Shown one piece after another: positions 39,753 to 51,846 of a stretch of DNA of 64,000 nucleotides. This DNA is from Methylocystaceae bacterium UBA5192 (lineage in GTDB: Bacteria; Pseudomonadota; Alphaproteobacteria; Rhizobiales; Beijerinckiaceae), in NCBI GenBank assembly GCA_002412985.1, contig DHWC01000036.1:20385-84384 (forward strand), in the 5' to 3' direction. Every line of letters begins with the position of its first letter. The stretch's first letter is position 1. The translations under genes and the position numbers were made by a program. Below the pieces are notes generated by a model, which saw only the letters and a program-made list of their open reading frames with translations, had not been told where the DNA came from and ran no database searches.

Positions 39753-40982
39753 CTAAACGATTTCAATTTCTGGGAAAGGAAAAATCATTTTTCCGCCGCC
39801 AGCAAGATATTCTTGTTCGCGCGCCAATATTCCGTCTTTGAAGTGCCAAGGTAGGACAAGAAAATAATCTGGCGCCATTGCGCGCGCATCTGCTTCTGAA
39901 ATGATTGGAATGTGACTGCCGGGCGTGAAGCAACCAAATTTATCTGGATTAACCTCTGCAACAGCTTCGAGAAGGTCGGGGCCAATGCCACAAAATTGTA
40001 AAACGACATTGCCTTTTGTTGAGGCGCCATAACCAAGGACGCGTTTGCCGTCATCCTTGAGCGCACGCAAAAGGCGACGTAGGTCTTCTCGATGACGAAA
40101 AACGCGATCTTCAAATTCGCGATAGGGGCGGGGAGTGTTTAGCCCCATGCGTTCTTCTTGCTCAAGTAACCAATTAATAATGGCGTCATTGCGCGCGTGC
40201 TTGGTATTTTGATGACCGGCGGTTATGGCGAAACTCCCGCCATTTACAGCATTCATCTGAACGTCAATGACTTGTAAATCAGCCGCTTCCAGAATTTTAC
40301 GAATAACGTTGAGTGAATAATACTCAATATGCTCATGGCAAATCGTATCATAAGACGTCAGTCGCAGCATTGATGGCATATAGCTTTGTTCAAAATGCCA
40401 GACTCCATCAGGAGCAAGCGATTTTGCAATCTCTCTTGCAAACCAGACAGGATCTTCAAGATCATAAAACATCGCAATTGAGGTAATTATTTTTGCGCGT
40501 TTGACGCCAAATTTATCAAAATTAGCCGAGGAAAAAAAATCAGGCACAAGCTTGATGTCGTCAGGATAATAGGCGCGAAATTTTTCGCCTGTTGGATCAA
40601 TGCCAATCCGCGTTAAGCCTGATGTTGCGTAGGCTTTTAACGAGGTTGCGTCATTGGAGCCAATATCAAGGACGACATCACCTGGCGCTAGTTGGGCTTT
40701 TTTTTCAAGTTTAGCGATTTTTTGAGAGAGATGCCGCACCATCGACTGATTTAGACCGGATCGATAACCGTAATTCTCGCCATACATTTCATTAGCTTCG
40801 TAGCTATGAGCGAGTTGGAGTAAGCCGGAGTCAGGGCACCAAACCAATTCGAGCGGACCAACTGTTACCTTTGTTTCACGGCTACGTGGAAAAACGCCCG
40901 TTAAAGCTTGATCGCCAAGCGACAAAACGGAGATTAGATTTGTTGATCCGCTAATCCGGCACTTTTGAATTTTTTTTGTCAT
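39753..40982 (-). CDS. NDP-hexose C-methyltransferase-like SAM-dependent methyltransferase
   Basis: YGYRSG, VLDIGSND, IGIDP, YDTICHEH, NGGSF, GYGASTKGNV, PGSHIPI, LPWHF: the three-domain TcaB9/NovU-type layout. Start set at MTKKIQKC. Confidence 0.85.
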   Translation of the reverse strand: MTKKIQKCRISGSTNLISVLSLGDQALTGVFPRSRETKVTVGPLELVWCPDSGLLQLAHSYEANEMYGENYGYRSGLNQSMVRHLSQKIAKLEKKAQLAPGDVVLDIGSNDATSLKAYATSGLTRIGIDPTGEKFRAYYPDDIKLVPDFFSSANFDKFGVKRAKIITSIAMFYDLEDPVWFAREIAKSLAPDGVWHFEQSYMPSMLRLTSYDTICHEHIEYYSLNVIRKILEAADLQVIDVQMNAVNGGSFAITAGHQNTKHARNDAIINWLLEQEERMGLNTPRPYREFEDRVFRHREDLRRLLRALKDDGKRVLGYGASTKGNVVLQFCGIGPDLLEAVAEVNPDKFGCFTPGSHIPIISEADARAMAPDYFLVLPWHFKDGILAREQEYLAGGGKMIFPFPEIEIV

Positions 40983-41065
40983 ATTTTGACCTTGAGGCCT
41001 ATATTTATCGGTTTTTCTCGATCTGTTCATGCTTGTGTCTGAACAGGCTGTCAACGCTGGCGTTA

Positions 41066-42649
41066 TCAGAATGGGTGGTATTGGTAGAGCCAGTTTTCAG
41101 ATAAAATAACATCTTGATGCTTAAGATAGAGACGCATTTCAACAGGCTCTTGCCCCTCAACGGTTAGATCGAATTGCGCGCGCCAATGGCCCGCTACGCC
41201 GTCAAAGACCGCTTCAGTAAAGACATAGGAGAAAGCGCCGCGCGAAGCCCAGAGTACGGCTTCTGGCTTTTGTCCAAAGGCCAGTTTCGTTAATGGCTCG
41301 CCTTGAAACTCAACCATAAATTTACGCACGCCTTTTGGGCGCGGCTTTCCTGGCTGCCCCCCATTACCCAGACGCGTGGCGACACAGCGCGCGAGAGGCG
41401 TGGGATAGGGTTCATCTGCGAGCCAATGAAGACGATAGGAGAGCTCGAAGTTGGCGCCAGCTACAGCAGGCTTTTCGGGGACCCACATGGCGACAATATT
41501 ATCATGAATCTCGTCATCAGTAGGGATTTCAATAAGCTGTATGGCGCCTTTGCCCCAATCCCCTTTGGGTTCTATCCAAACACTTGGACGCCGATCGTAA
41601 AAAACGCCATCGAGATAATGATCAAAACTGCGGTCACGCTGCATGAGGCCAAAACCCTTGGGGTTATTGTCGCCAAAGGCAGAGGCCATCACACGAGTAG
41701 GATTATTGAGCGGTCGCCATAAACGTTCGCCGTTTCCAGTCCAAATACTCAACCCATCAGAGTCATGAACTTCTGGTCGCCAATCGACTGCTGTGGGTTT
41801 TGCTGTTTCTGAAAACCAATACATTGAGGTCAGCGGCGCTAGACCAAAACGCGTGAAGCCTGCGCGCAAGAAAAGCGCGCAGTCAATATCCATGACCACG
41901 CCCTTGCCGCGTGTCATGAGAAACCGGTAGGCGCCAGTGATAGAGGGCCCTTCAAGCAGGGCATGTAAAATAACGCCCTCTGTTGTTTCTGGCCCAATAT
42001 AAATTTCGGTAAAGTCAGGAAATTCCTCATTCGTTCCTGACTGCCACGTGTCCAGCGCTACGCCTCGAGCTGATAAGCCATATTGCGCCAATTCACCGAT
42101 AGCTCGGAAATAGGAGGCGCCCAGAAAAGCAACCCAATCATTTTTTTTCCAATCCAATTTGCCTTGTTTTGACTCTTGGATTCGAAATCCAGCAAAGCCA
42201 GCCCCATTTGGAAGTCCGCGGGCTACAGAGTTCTCGGGCATATTAAAATAAGATGGATCATAAATAACTTCGCGCGCTTGTCCGTCTTGCAAAACATTTA
42301 TGCGAACGGCCTTTTTAAAAAACATGCCAAGATGAAAAAATTCAATTGGAAATAGATCGTTTGTATCAGCATAGAGCGCATGATCGGTGTTGTATGTAAT
42401 ACGTCCCCATTCTTCATAATCAATTTGCGACGTGATTTGCGGCGCAGGAATATTTGGTTTTCGATAGGGCTCTTTAATGAGTTTCTGCGCTTGTTGCTTT
42501 AAGAGATCAAATGAGAATGGCGCAGGATCTCCCAGTTTTACATTGGCTATTTTTGGACTGGCTAAGCTATCAGTCGGGCGAAGCGCTCCCACTGCGCTTG
42601 TCGCGGCGGCCACTTTGAGAAAGGAGCGCCTGTCCTGTTTCTCAATCAT
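41066..42649 (-). CDS. opgD: Periplasmic glucan biosynthesis protein OpgD/MdoD (Tat signal)
   Basis: DRRSFLK Tat motif, FFHLGM, FLGASYFRA, YGLSARG, EEFP, APLTSM, RPEVHDSDGL, DEIHDNIVA. Confidence 0.88.
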   Translation of the reverse strand: MIEKQDRRSFLKVAAATSAVGALRPTDSLASPKIANVKLGDPAPFSFDLLKQQAQKLIKEPYRKPNIPAPQITSQIDYEEWGRITYNTDHALYADTNDLFPIEFFHLGMFFKKAVRINVLQDGQAREVIYDPSYFNMPENSVARGLPNGAGFAGFRIQESKQGKLDWKKNDWVAFLGASYFRAIGELAQYGLSARGVALDTWQSGTNEEFPDFTEIYIGPETTEGVILHALLEGPSITGAYRFLMTRGKGVVMDIDCALFLRAGFTRFGLAPLTSMYWFSETAKPTAVDWRPEVHDSDGLSIWTGNGERLWRPLNNPTRVMASAFGDNNPKGFGLMQRDRSFDHYLDGVFYDRRPSVWIEPKGDWGKGAIQLIEIPTDDEIHDNIVAMWVPEKPAVAGANFELSYRLHWLADEPYPTPLARCVATRLGNGGQPGKPRPKGVRKFMVEFQGEPLTKLAFGQKPEAVLWASRGAFSYVFTEAVFDGVAGHWRAQFDLTVEGQEPVEMRLYLKHQDVILSENWLYQYHPF

Positions 42650-42768
42650 AAAGGGATCCTTCGGTTAACCGCCAATCAAAGCTGCAGTTTTGCGATGCAT
42701 TAAAATGAATTGAGTATCTAATAGGCAAACGATTCAAGCTGCTCCAGACCGCATTTAGCGCTTTACGG

Positions 42769-43002
42769 CTAACCGCGAATTGGTTCGTTCCGGAGAGCTG
42801 TGCGCATAAAGAAATAGAGTCCGATGAAGCCCAATATGGAGAAAGCTATTTCAATCACGCGGCTGATCATTGGATCTAACTGAAAAAGCCCGCCAAGCGC
42901 CCAACCCGCAGCCCAAGAAGCGCCAACAAGTTCAGTGCCGACAAGAATGGCGACAGCAACGATTGTCGACAAGTGTAGATAGTTGATTGGCTTTTGGCTC
43001 AT
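42769..43002 (-). CDS. Small two-TM conserved hypothetical protein
   Basis: STIVAVAILVGTELVG.SWAAGWALGGL...EPI, co-oriented downstream of ssb. Confidence 0.75.
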   Translation of the reverse strand: MSQKPINYLHLSTIVAVAILVGTELVGASWAAGWALGGLFQLDPMISRVIEIAFSILGFIGLYFFMRTALRNEPIRG

Positions 43003-43109
43003 TGAACAATACTACGTTTATGATTTTAGGGCGTAAAATCTTTATCAATCCTCTATAAGGCGGTGCTATCGCAAAGAGCAAATCATTGCAATAGCGAGCC
43101 TTTAGTTGG

Positions 43110-43619
43110 CTAGAAGGGAATATCGTCGTCCAGCTGCTCGGAAAGTTTGCCGCTCGACTGGCTGCGGCGATCGATTGGTGTGCGTTCCATTGGCGATACG
43201 CGCCCAAAGGCTGCGGTCGCTTCGTTTGATCCTACTGCCTCGTAATCGCTTTCTCCCCGTCCGCTAGATTTGCTATCGAGAAGCGTCAATTCGCCCCGAA
43301 AGCGTTGCAACACAACCTCTGTCGCCTTGCGTTGATTGCCTTCTTTATCCGTATATTCTCGTGTCTGAAGCTGGCCCTCGAGATATACTTTTGACCCCTT
43401 ACGGCAATATTGCTCGGCAATTTTGCCAAGATTATCGTTAAAAATCGAAACATTATGCCATTCGGTCCGATCTTTTCTCTCACCCGTATTTTTATCTCGC
43501 CAAGATTCCGTTGTCGCAACAGAAAAAGACACAACACGATCGCCCGAGGGCATCGTGCGCGCCTCTGGATCTCGTCCAAGATTGCCGATTAAAATAACTT
43601 TGTTAACGCTGCCGGCCAT
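43110..43619 (-). CDS. ssb: Single-stranded DNA-binding protein
   Basis: MAGSVNKVILIGNLGRDPE, TEWH, GSKVYLEGQLQTR, C-terminal DDDIPF. Confidence 0.98.
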   Translation of the reverse strand: MAGSVNKVILIGNLGRDPEARTMPSGDRVVSFSVATTESWRDKNTGERKDRTEWHNVSIFNDNLGKIAEQYCRKGSKVYLEGQLQTREYTDKEGNQRKATEVVLQRFRGELTLLDSKSSGRGESDYEAVGSNEATAAFGRVSPMERTPIDRRSQSSGKLSEQLDDDIPF

Positions 43620-43727
43620 AGATTTTGCTCCACTCAACTAATGGGCCATAGTTTAGTCTAAAGGTTGGACGTCCACTTGCGCCATGAGACATTGTCCACA
43701 ACTGATCCGCTAAAGATACACCTGTTT

Positions 43728-43742
43728 GTTCATGCTATGTTC
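43728..43742. promoter_or_regulatory. Alphaproteobacterial LexA (SOS) box
   Basis: GTTC-atgctat-GTTC (GTTC-N7-GTTC), about 110 bp upstream of ssb. Confidence 0.85.
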
Positions 43743-43831
43743 TAGCATGGCCGAGTGAGGTCACGCAAGCCGAGGGGCTTACAGGAACGCTCCTGGCTAA
43801 GTGAGACTTTTTTCTAGGTGGACTTGGGAGA

Positions 43832-45109
43832 TTACAGGATCTGACGGCGTAACTCTGCTTTGAGTTGATCCCGATCGAGTTCACCTTCCCAGGCTGAAAT
43901 AACAATTGTCGCGACGCTATTGCCGATGAAATTTGTTAAAGCTCGACATTCAGACATGAATTTATCAACGCCTAACAACAAAGACATGCCAGGTACTAGT
44001 CGCACATCAACAGATGCAAGCGTTGCTGCAAGCGTAATAAATCCCGCACCTGAGACGCCGCTTGACCCTTTAGAGGTCAGCATTGCAACAAAAAGAATAA
44101 TACCCTGATCAGTGAGGGTTAGATCAATTCCCATCGCGTGGGCAATAAAGAGCGTCGCCAATGTCATATAAATATTCGTGCCATCTAAATTGAATGAATA
44201 ACCTGTTGGGACAACGAGGCCGACAACTGATTTTGAACATCCCAGCCGCTCTAATTTTTGGATGAGTGCAGGTAGGGCGCTTTCCGAAGAGGACGTTCCC
44301 AATACAATGAGCAACTCATCTTTCAGATAGCCCATTAGATGGAAAATATTAAATCCTTGGCGCCATGCAATATAGCCAAGCACAAAAGTGATAAATAAGG
44401 TTGCTGTAAGATAAAAAGCGCCAACTAATCCAATCAAGGAGATTAAAGCAAGCGATCCAAATTTACCGATTGCATAGGCCATTGCGCCAAAGGCTCCAAT
44501 TGGCGCGGCCTTCATGACGATGGCGATGACGCCGAATATAGCCTTTCCTAAATCGTCAATAAAGGCTCGCAGTTTTTCCGCGCGGTCGCCAAGCGAGAGT
44601 AGAGAAAAGCCAAATAGTATCGAGAAAAGTAAGACTTGTAAGACTTCCCCTTTGGCAAAAGCGCCAACGGCGCTATCGGGAATAATGTCGAGAAGGAAGT
44701 CAACATTACTGCGTTTATGAGCTAGATCCACGTATTTTGATACACTTGCGGCGTCTGCTTGAGCAGATAGGCCCTGACCAATTTTTGTGATGTTGCCAAC
44801 AAGAAGCCCTAAGATGAGTGCAAGCGTTGAAACGACTTCAAAATAAATCAACGCTTTCAGTCCAACTCTTCCGACTTTTCGAGCATCCTCTATCTGCGCA
44901 ATGCCGGAGACCACTGTGCAAAATATGATTGGCGCGATGACCATTTTTATTAATTTGATGAAACCGTCGCCAAGCGCCTTTATCCAGTCATTTGAGGCTA
45001 ATTCTGGAGCCAGGACGCCAAAAAACGCCCCGAGCATGATGGCGATGAGGACCTGAAGGTAAAGACGATGGGGCCGGGAGGTGACCGCTGAGTGGGATAA
45101 GGCGTTCAT
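43832..45109 (-). CDS. dctA: C4-dicarboxylate:H+ symporter DctA
   Basis: [64 protein letters not shown]. Confidence 0.93.
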   Translation of the reverse strand: MNALSHSAVTSRPHRLYLQVLIAIMLGAFFGVLAPELASNDWIKALGDGFIKLIKMVIAPIIFCTVVSGIAQIEDARKVGRVGLKALIYFEVVSTLALILGLLVGNITKIGQGLSAQADAASVSKYVDLAHKRSNVDFLLDIIPDSAVGAFAKGEVLQVLLFSILFGFSLLSLGDRAEKLRAFIDDLGKAIFGVIAIVMKAAPIGAFGAMAYAIGKFGSLALISLIGLVGAFYLTATLFITFVLGYIAWRQGFNIFHLMGYLKDELLIVLGTSSSESALPALIQKLERLGCSKSVVGLVVPTGYSFNLDGTNIYMTLATLFIAHAMGIDLTLTDQGIILFVAMLTSKGSSGVSGAGFITLAATLASVDVRLVPGMSLLLGVDKFMSECRALTNFIGNSVATIVISAWEGELDRDQLKAELRRQIL

Positions 45110-45228
45110 TCTTTTGCTGATAGAACTCTCCAGGCTTACAGGCAACCGTCCAAAGGGTGGATTTGAGACCGACGGCATGGCAGGTATTAAAGCTATGGAT
45201 CCCTCAACTTCAAAATTAGCGCGCGCAA

Positions 45229-48219
45229 ATGGCCAATAAAAATAAAAAAGCAGATAAAGCCGTAAATCAGCTCTTTCCCGACGAACGCGTAATCGCCATT
45301 CGTGGAGCCCGTGAGCACAACCTCAAAAATGTAGATTTAATTATACCGAGAGATAAATTTGTTGTTTTTACTGGTTTATCAGGATCTGGAAAATCTTCAC
45401 TGGCTTTCGATACGATTTATGCCGAGGGACAGCGTCGTTATGTAGAGTCCTTGTCAGCCTATGCGCGTCAATTTCTTGAGATGATGCAAAAACCAGATGT
45501 GGATCAAATTGACGGCCTTTCGCCTGCGATATCTATTGAACAAAAAACAACATCAAAAAATCCACGTTCGACTGTCGGAACTGTTACTGAAATCCATGAT
45601 TATATGCGGTTGCTTTGGGCGCGTGTCGGAACGCCATATTCGCCAGCAACCGGATTGCCGATCGAAAGCCAAACAGTTTCACAGATGGTTGATCGAGTTA
45701 TGTCCTTGCCTGATGGGACACGGCTTTATTTGTTGGCTCCTGTCGTGCGCGGTCGCAAAGGTGAATATAAAAAAGAGATCGCGGATTACACAAGACGAGG
45801 TTTTCAACGTTTAAAAATAGACGGAAAATATTACGATATTAATGATACGCCGACATTAGATAAAAAATTTAAGCATGACATTGATGTTGTTGTAGATCGC
45901 ATTGTTGTCAGTAAAGAGCTTGAGGCAAGGCTTGCAGATAGTTTTGAAACGGCTCTTGAACTATCAAATGGACTTGCTGTCATTGAATTTGCTGATGCAG
46001 CTAAGCAAGTGAATAAAACGCTAGCTCCCGCTGCCGTCAGTCCAAACGCCTTAAGCCATTACGCGGCGTCCCATATTCTTTTTTCATCAAAATTCGCCTG
46101 CCCGGTATCAGGTTTTACAATAACTGAAATTGAACCAAGGCTTTTCTCATTTAATAATCCATTTGGGGCATGCCCGACCTGCGGCGGGATCGGGCATGAG
46201 CAAAAAATTGACCCCGACCTCGTTGTGCCTAATCCAAAATTAACATTACGAAAGGGAGCGATTGCCCCATGGGCAAAATCTTCTTCGCCGTATTATATGC
46301 AAACTCTAGAGTCATTAGGTAAGCATTATAAATTTAGATTAGAAAATTCCTTTGAGGATTTGCCGGTAAAAATTAGAAACGTCATCCTATTTGGTTCAGG
46401 CGACGAGGAGATTAAATTCAATTACGATGATGGGTTTCGGGCATATTCAGTTAAAAAGCCATTTGAAGGAGTGGTTATTAACCTAGAGCGTCGTTATCTA
46501 GAAACGGATAGCGAATGGGCTCGAGATGATATTGGACGCTTTATGTCCGCGACATCATGCCTGTCTTGCCAAGGATTTAGATTAAAACCTGAGGCTCTAG
46601 CTGTAAAAATAGCAGACAAACACATTGGAGAAATTTCAGAGCTCTCAGTTCGAGAGGCGCTGGCTTGGTTTGAGCGGCTACCTAATCAGCTAAATGAAAA
46701 ACGGAATGAGATCGCTTATCGAATTTTAAAAGAAATCAGAGAGCGTCTAACATTTCTAGTCGATGTGGGGCTTGATTATCTTACTCTATCGAGAAATTCA
46801 GGAACTTTGTCTGGTGGAGAAAGTCAAAGAATTAGGCTGGCTTCACAAATAGGCTCTGGGTTAACGGGCGTTTTGTATGTGCTTGATGAGCCTTCAATTG
46901 GATTGCATCAACGCGATAACGATCGATTATTAGATACGCTTAGACGACTGCGTGATTTAGGTAACAGCGTTATTGTCGTTGAACATGATGAGGATGCTAT
47001 TTTATCGGCTGATTATGTTGTCGACGTTGGGCCTGGCGCAGGAATACATGGAGGAGAGATCGTCGCTCAAGGTTCGCCAAAAGAGATCATAGATAATCCT
47101 AAATCAATTACTGGCCAATATCTGTCTGGCGTCAAACAGGTTGTGCTGCGGCATAAGGCCCGAAAGCCAGTTGCAGGACGGTGGCTGAAGTTAATTGGTG
47201 CAAAGGGTAATAATTTAAAAAATGTTAGTGCAGAAATACCGCTCGGATTATTTACCGTCGTTACGGGAGTATCTGGTGGAGGAAAATCTACACTCGTCAT
47301 CGAAACTTTATACAAATCTATCGCCAGACGTCTTAATAATGCTCACGAACAAGCAGCGCCATTTGATAATCTCTTAGGACTAGAACAAATCGATAAGATA
47401 ATTGATATCGATCAGTCTCCAATTGGACGAACGCCGCGTTCCAATCCAGCAACTTATACTGGCGCCTTCACGCCGATCCGAGAGTGGTTTGCGGGTCTAC
47501 CAGAGGCAAAGGCGCGTGGTTATGCGCCAGGAAGATTTTCCTTCAATGTGAAGGGCGGGCGATGTGAAGCGTGTCAAGGCGATGGCGTAATTAAAATTGA
47601 AATGCACTTTCTCCCTGATGTTTATGTAACCTGCGATGTTTGTAAGGGAAAACGCTACGGCCGTGAGACGTTAGAGGTTAAATATAGAGATAAATCCATA
47701 GCCGATGTTTTGGATATGACTGTCGAAGAAGCTTCTCATTTGTTCAAAGCCGTTCCCGCAATAAGAGAAAAAATGGAAACGCTAAAACGCGTAGGTTTGG
47801 ATTACATCCATGTTGGTCAGCAGGCGACAACCTTATCTGGTGGCGAAGCTCAGCGCATCAAGCTTTCTAAAGAACTTTCCAAGCGCTCGACTGGACGTAC
47901 GCTCTACATTCTTGATGAGCCAACAACTGGGTTGCATTTTCATGATGTGGCTAAATTACTAGAGGTGCTTCATGAACTCGTTGAGCAAGGCAATACAGTG
48001 GTCGTAATTGAACATAATCTAGAAGTCATCAAAACAGCAGACTGGATTATTGATCTTGGTCCAGAAGGCGGTGACGGGGGAGGCGAGATCGTGGCGGCTG
48101 GCCCGCCAAGCGAAATTATAAAAGTCAAAAGAAGCCATACGGGTCGTTATCTTGCGGAAGCATTAGCCAAAAGGCCAATAGCAAACCAGAAAAACCCATC
48201 AGCTAAATCGACGCGTTAA
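45229..48219 (+). CDS. uvrA: Excinuclease ABC subunit A
   Basis: [23 protein letters not shown], two LSGGE signatures, Zn fingers, GVSGGGKS. Confidence 0.98.
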   Translation: MANKNKKADKAVNQLFPDERVIAIRGAREHNLKNVDLIIPRDKFVVFTGLSGSGKSSLAFDTIYAEGQRRYVESLSAYARQFLEMMQKPDVDQIDGLSPAISIEQKTTSKNPRSTVGTVTEIHDYMRLLWARVGTPYSPATGLPIESQTVSQMVDRVMSLPDGTRLYLLAPVVRGRKGEYKKEIADYTRRGFQRLKIDGKYYDINDTPTLDKKFKHDIDVVVDRIVVSKELEARLADSFETALELSNGLAVIEFADAAKQVNKTLAPAAVSPNALSHYAASHILFSSKFACPVSGFTITEIEPRLFSFNNPFGACPTCGGIGHEQKIDPDLVVPNPKLTLRKGAIAPWAKSSSPYYMQTLESLGKHYKFRLENSFEDLPVKIRNVILFGSGDEEIKFNYDDGFRAYSVKKPFEGVVINLERRYLETDSEWARDDIGRFMSATSCLSCQGFRLKPEALAVKIADKHIGEISELSVREALAWFERLPNQLNEKRNEIAYRILKEIRERLTFLVDVGLDYLTLSRNSGTLSGGESQRIRLASQIGSGLTGVLYVLDEPSIGLHQRDNDRLLDTLRRLRDLGNSVIVVEHDEDAILSADYVVDVGPGAGIHGGEIVAQGSPKEIIDNPKSITGQYLSGVKQVVLRHKARKPVAGRWLKLIGAKGNNLKNVSAEIPLGLFTVVTGVSGGGKSTLVIETLYKSIARRLNNAHEQAAPFDNLLGLEQIDKIIDIDQSPIGRTPRSNPATYTGAFTPIREWFAGLPEAKARGYAPGRFSFNVKGGRCEACQGDGVIKIEMHFLPDVYVTCDVCKGKRYGRETLEVKYRDKSIADVLDMTVEEASHLFKAVPAIREKMETLKRVGLDYIHVGQQATTLSGGEAQRIKLSKELSKRSTGRTLYILDEPTTGLHFHDVAKLLEVLHELVEQGNTVVVIEHNLEVIKTADWIIDLGPEGGDGGGEIVAAGPPSEIIKVKRSHTGRYLAEALAKRPIANQKNPSAKSTR

Positions 48220-48254
48220 AAGGTTCAAATTATGTCTAATGCGCGGTCTATCTG

Positions 48255-50663
48255 CTAGGTTTCTGGGGTTGCGGTTTCTCTGTCTGACTGAGACTTGGAC
48301 CTGGAGCTGCTCGCCTTTTTTTTCCCGGCTTCAACAATGTCGCGTTCAAGCCTGGGTAGGACTGGTCCTTCAGGATAGATGAAGCCCAAAGTTTTAGGGC
48401 CGCTATCTTTTGATATTACGACTACACGAACAGCGCCGCCGTTTTTCAATCTGCCAAATAAGACTTCATCGGCAAGTGGCGTTTTTATGTGTTGATGAAT
48501 AATGCGCGACATGGGTCTTGCCCCCATAGATTCATCATAGCCATGTTCAACAAGCCAATTACGGGCGTCATCTGATAGCTCAATAGTTATGTTGCGATCT
48601 GCTAATTGAGCCTCTAATTGCATAATGAATTTATCTACAACGCGTTGTATGACGTTAGCAGGTAAATGACTAAACGGAACAATCGCATCCAGCCGATTTC
48701 TGAATTCCGGCGTGAACAAACGATTTATAGCTTCATTATCGTCATTATCTCTTCGGTTTCGCGTGAAACCAATTGGGCTGCGCGCCAAATCAGCAGCGCC
48801 CGCATTCGTAGTCATGATCAAAATGACATTACGAAAGTCAATCGTTTTGCCATTATGGTCTGTTAACTTTCCGTGATCCATAACTTGTAAGAGAATATTA
48901 TAGAGATCTTGATGGGCTTTTTCGATCTCATCAAGTAGGAGTACGCAGTGTGGATGTTGATCTATTGAATCAGTAAGAAGTCCTCCTTGATCAAATCCCA
49001 CATAACCGGGAGGCGCTCCGAGTAAGCGGCTTACAGTATGCCTCTCCATATATTCTGACATGTCGAAACGAATAAGCTCAATGCCCAGCGATATCGAAAG
49101 CTGTCTTGCGGCCTCTGTCTTGCCAACGCCGGTAGGGCCAGAAAAAAGATAGCATCCAATTGGTTTTTCAGGATCTCTAAGCCCAGCTCTTGCAAGCTTT
49201 ATTGCCGAAGTTAGAGCCTGAAGCGCTTTGTCTTGTCCATACACAACGCGTTTTAGCGTTTCATCCAAATGCGCTAAAACTTCAGTATCGTCCTTTGATA
49301 CTGTTTTGGGGGGTATGCGCGCCATCGTAGCAATAGTGGCTTCAATTTCTTTTTGACCAATTGTTTTTTTACGCTTGTTTTCTGGCAACAACATCTGTGC
49401 TGCGCCAGTTTCATCTATGACGTCAATTGCTTTATCAGGTAATTTCCGATCATGAATAAATCGCGCAGACAATTCTACGGCTGATTTTAATGCGTCTGCT
49501 GTATATCTGATTTTATGAAATTCTTCGAAATATGGTTTAAGTCCTTTAATGATCTCAATTGTATCGCTTATGGAAGGTTCATTGACATCGATCTTTTGAA
49601 AACGGCGCACAAGCGCGCGATCTTTTTCGAAATATTGTCTGTATTCTTTATAGGTTGTAGAGCCAATGCACCGCAATGAACCTTGAGAAAGCGCTGGTTT
49701 AAGGAGATTGGACGCGTCCATAGCCCCGCCAGAAGTCGCGCCTGCGCCGATTACTGTATGTATTTCATCAATGAATAATACCGCATCCTTGTGGCTTTCA
49801 ATTTCTTTGACAACTTGTTTGAGTCTCTCCTCAAAATCGCCCCTATATCGCGTTCCTGCAAGTAATGCACCCATATCTAGAGCAAAGATCGTTGCCTGAG
49901 AGAGGATCTCTGGAACCTCGTGATTAATGATTTTACGGGCTAGACCCTCGGCAATAGCCGTTTTGCCCACTCCGGGGTCGCCAACCAAAAGAGGATTGTT
50001 TTTATGTCGACGACACAGAACCTGAATTGTTCTTAATACTTCCGCTTCACGTCCGATGAGGGGGTCTACGCGTCCTGCGGCGGCTTTTTTGTTCAGGTTA
50101 ATGCAATAAGCATCAAGAGCGGATTCCTTTTTCCTGTTTTCTCCCTCTCTTCCGTCTCTGCTTTCGCTGCGATCTTGATCCTCATCTACCCCGCGCGGCG
50201 TTTTAGAAGTATCAGACAGACCGGGACGTTTAGCTATGCCATGGCTGATATAATTGACGGCGTCATAGCGAGTCATATCTTGTTCTTGCAGAAAATACAC
50301 AGCGTGGCTTTCGCGTTCAGCAAATAAAGCCACTAAAATATTTGCGCCAGTTACGTCCTCGCGACCGGATGATTGAACGCTTATAATCGCTCTTTGCACG
50401 ACGCGTTGAAAACCTGCAGTTGGTTTGCACTCATCTGCTTCCTCATTGATGAGATTATCGAGTTCGCGATCGATGTAATCTAAAAGATTTTTCTTCAACA
50501 CTTCCAAGTCGACAGAACAGGCGCGCAAGACCGCTGCTGCGTCCGTATCATCAGTTAAGCTGAGTAATAAGTGCTCTAGCGTAGCGTATTCATGATGCCG
50601 TTCGCGCGCTGAAGCCAGTGCGCGGTCAAGTGACTGTTTCAGATTCCGCGAGAAAGCTGGCAT
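48255..50663 (-). CDS. clpA: ATP-dependent Clp protease ATPase ClpA
   Basis: [47 protein letters not shown]. Directly downstream of clpS. Confidence 0.97.
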   Translation of the reverse strand: MPAFSRNLKQSLDRALASARERHHEYATLEHLLLSLTDDTDAAAVLRACSVDLEVLKKNLLDYIDRELDNLINEEADECKPTAGFQRVVQRAIISVQSSGREDVTGANILVALFAERESHAVYFLQEQDMTRYDAVNYISHGIAKRPGLSDTSKTPRGVDEDQDRSESRDGREGENRKKESALDAYCINLNKKAAAGRVDPLIGREAEVLRTIQVLCRRHKNNPLLVGDPGVGKTAIAEGLARKIINHEVPEILSQATIFALDMGALLAGTRYRGDFEERLKQVVKEIESHKDAVLFIDEIHTVIGAGATSGGAMDASNLLKPALSQGSLRCIGSTTYKEYRQYFEKDRALVRRFQKIDVNEPSISDTIEIIKGLKPYFEEFHKIRYTADALKSAVELSARFIHDRKLPDKAIDVIDETGAAQMLLPENKRKKTIGQKEIEATIATMARIPPKTVSKDDTEVLAHLDETLKRVVYGQDKALQALTSAIKLARAGLRDPEKPIGCYLFSGPTGVGKTEAARQLSISLGIELIRFDMSEYMERHTVSRLLGAPPGYVGFDQGGLLTDSIDQHPHCVLLLDEIEKAHQDLYNILLQVMDHGKLTDHNGKTIDFRNVILIMTTNAGAADLARSPIGFTRNRRDNDDNEAINRLFTPEFRNRLDAIVPFSHLPANVIQRVVDKFIMQLEAQLADRNITIELSDDARNWLVEHGYDESMGARPMSRIIHQHIKTPLADEVLFGRLKNGGAVRVVVISKDSGPKTLGFIYPEGPVLPRLERDIVEAGKKKASSSRSKSQSDRETATPET

Positions 50664-50674
50664 ATTTTAGCCCC

Positions 50675-51064
50675 TTATTTCTTTTCCATTACACATTGAA
50701 GCGGATGTTGATGCTTGCGCGCAAAATCCATTACTTGAGTGACTTTAGTTTCTGCGATTTCATAAGTATAAATGCCACACTCTCCTACGCCATGGTTATG
50801 AACATGCAGCATTATCTGGAGGGCTTCTTCGGCTGATTTATTAAAATATTTACGTAATACAATGATCACAAATTCTTGGGTCGTGTAATCGTCATTGAGC
50901 AACAACACGCGATACATGTTGGGTCGACGGGTTTGTTGTAGCGGACGCGTGATCAGGGCCGTGCCGCCATTATCGCCATCAGATTGCTTGGCCCCGCCCT
51001 TGCCAGCCTTAATTGGCGGCAAGCTTGCGCAAGGGTTATTTCTTATGGGTAGTTTTCTTATCAC
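50675..51064 (-). CDS. clpS: ClpAP adaptor ClpS
   Basis: [17 protein letters not shown]...[20 protein letters not shown]. Start uncertain. Confidence 0.96.
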   Translation of the reverse strand: MIRKLPIRNNPCASLPPIKAGKGGAKQSDGDNGGTALITRPLQQTRRPNMYRVLLLNDDYTTQEFVIIVLRKYFNKSAEEALQIMLHVHNHGVGECGIYTYEIAETKVTQVMDFARKHQHPLQCVMEKK

Positions 51065-51285
51065 GCTAGAAATGCAGGTTGGCGGTTGAGGACATTCGGG
51101 GGAGCCTGTGGAGGGTAACTGCGCGGGTTTGTTTCCTATTTAGTAATCCTAACCCTAGATTTCTTCCTTCAGGGCCGCTTTGCAAGCAGGAAATTTTTAA
51201 AAAGGACGGTTGGGGGAATTATTGTGAACCGTAAATTTACTCTAAACGGGTAGGGCTAGGGCGAAGATCATCATGAGTTATCGTC

Positions 51286-51603
51286 ATGTCCCTGGAACCA
51301 TCTCAACCCAAACCGTCGAAAAAAACGTTGTTTACGAAAGATAATCAAGACTCATCCAGTAATGGGGTGTTTAGTCTCGCCCTGCTTTCCGCCGCCGTTT
51401 TAGTATGTGGGGTAATGGCGGCGAAAACTCTCGCCTTTGTTGTCGATGGATTGGATCCTCCCTCTGTTATTGTTGCATTGAAGCAGACGACGCATCGAGA
51501 GAACGCGCCGCCAACGCATACACGGGCGCTTTCGGATCGATTCCTGCGAAAGGGATTGGATGATATAGCCACGGGATCTATTGACCATAAACGAGGCAAC
51601 TGA
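51286..51603 (+). CDS. Hypothetical single-TM protein
   Basis: One TM helix and a C-terminal DDIATGSI motif common in alphaproteobacterial envelope proteins. Confidence 0.65.
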   Translation: MSLEPSQPKPSKKTLFTKDNQDSSSNGVFSLALLSAAVLVCGVMAAKTLAFVVDGLDPPSVIVALKQTTHRENAPPTHTRALSDRFLRKGLDDIATGSIDHKRGN

Positions 51604-51846
51604 AGCGGTTTAACCTTTTATTCCCGTGGCGCTTAAGCTCCCGATCTCACAAAACGCCAATATTGACATTTGTCCAATTTAACGCCATTGAGCTTTCTAG
51701 CTCGGATATTTGCTCTGAAGATCTAATACCGTCCAGAGCCCAGGGTCTGCCAGTTAAAGACCGGTTTTTCGTGAAAAGTAATTGGGCTTATCCTCAGGAA
51801 GCGCATTTATGCGGCCCCCTTTTTACGTTTATTTATAGGAAAATTG

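Noticed and set aside
43692-43700. DnaA-box-like TTGTCCACA upstream of ssb
   Set aside because: A single imperfect 9-mer, not a cluster. Not enough to call a site or an origin.
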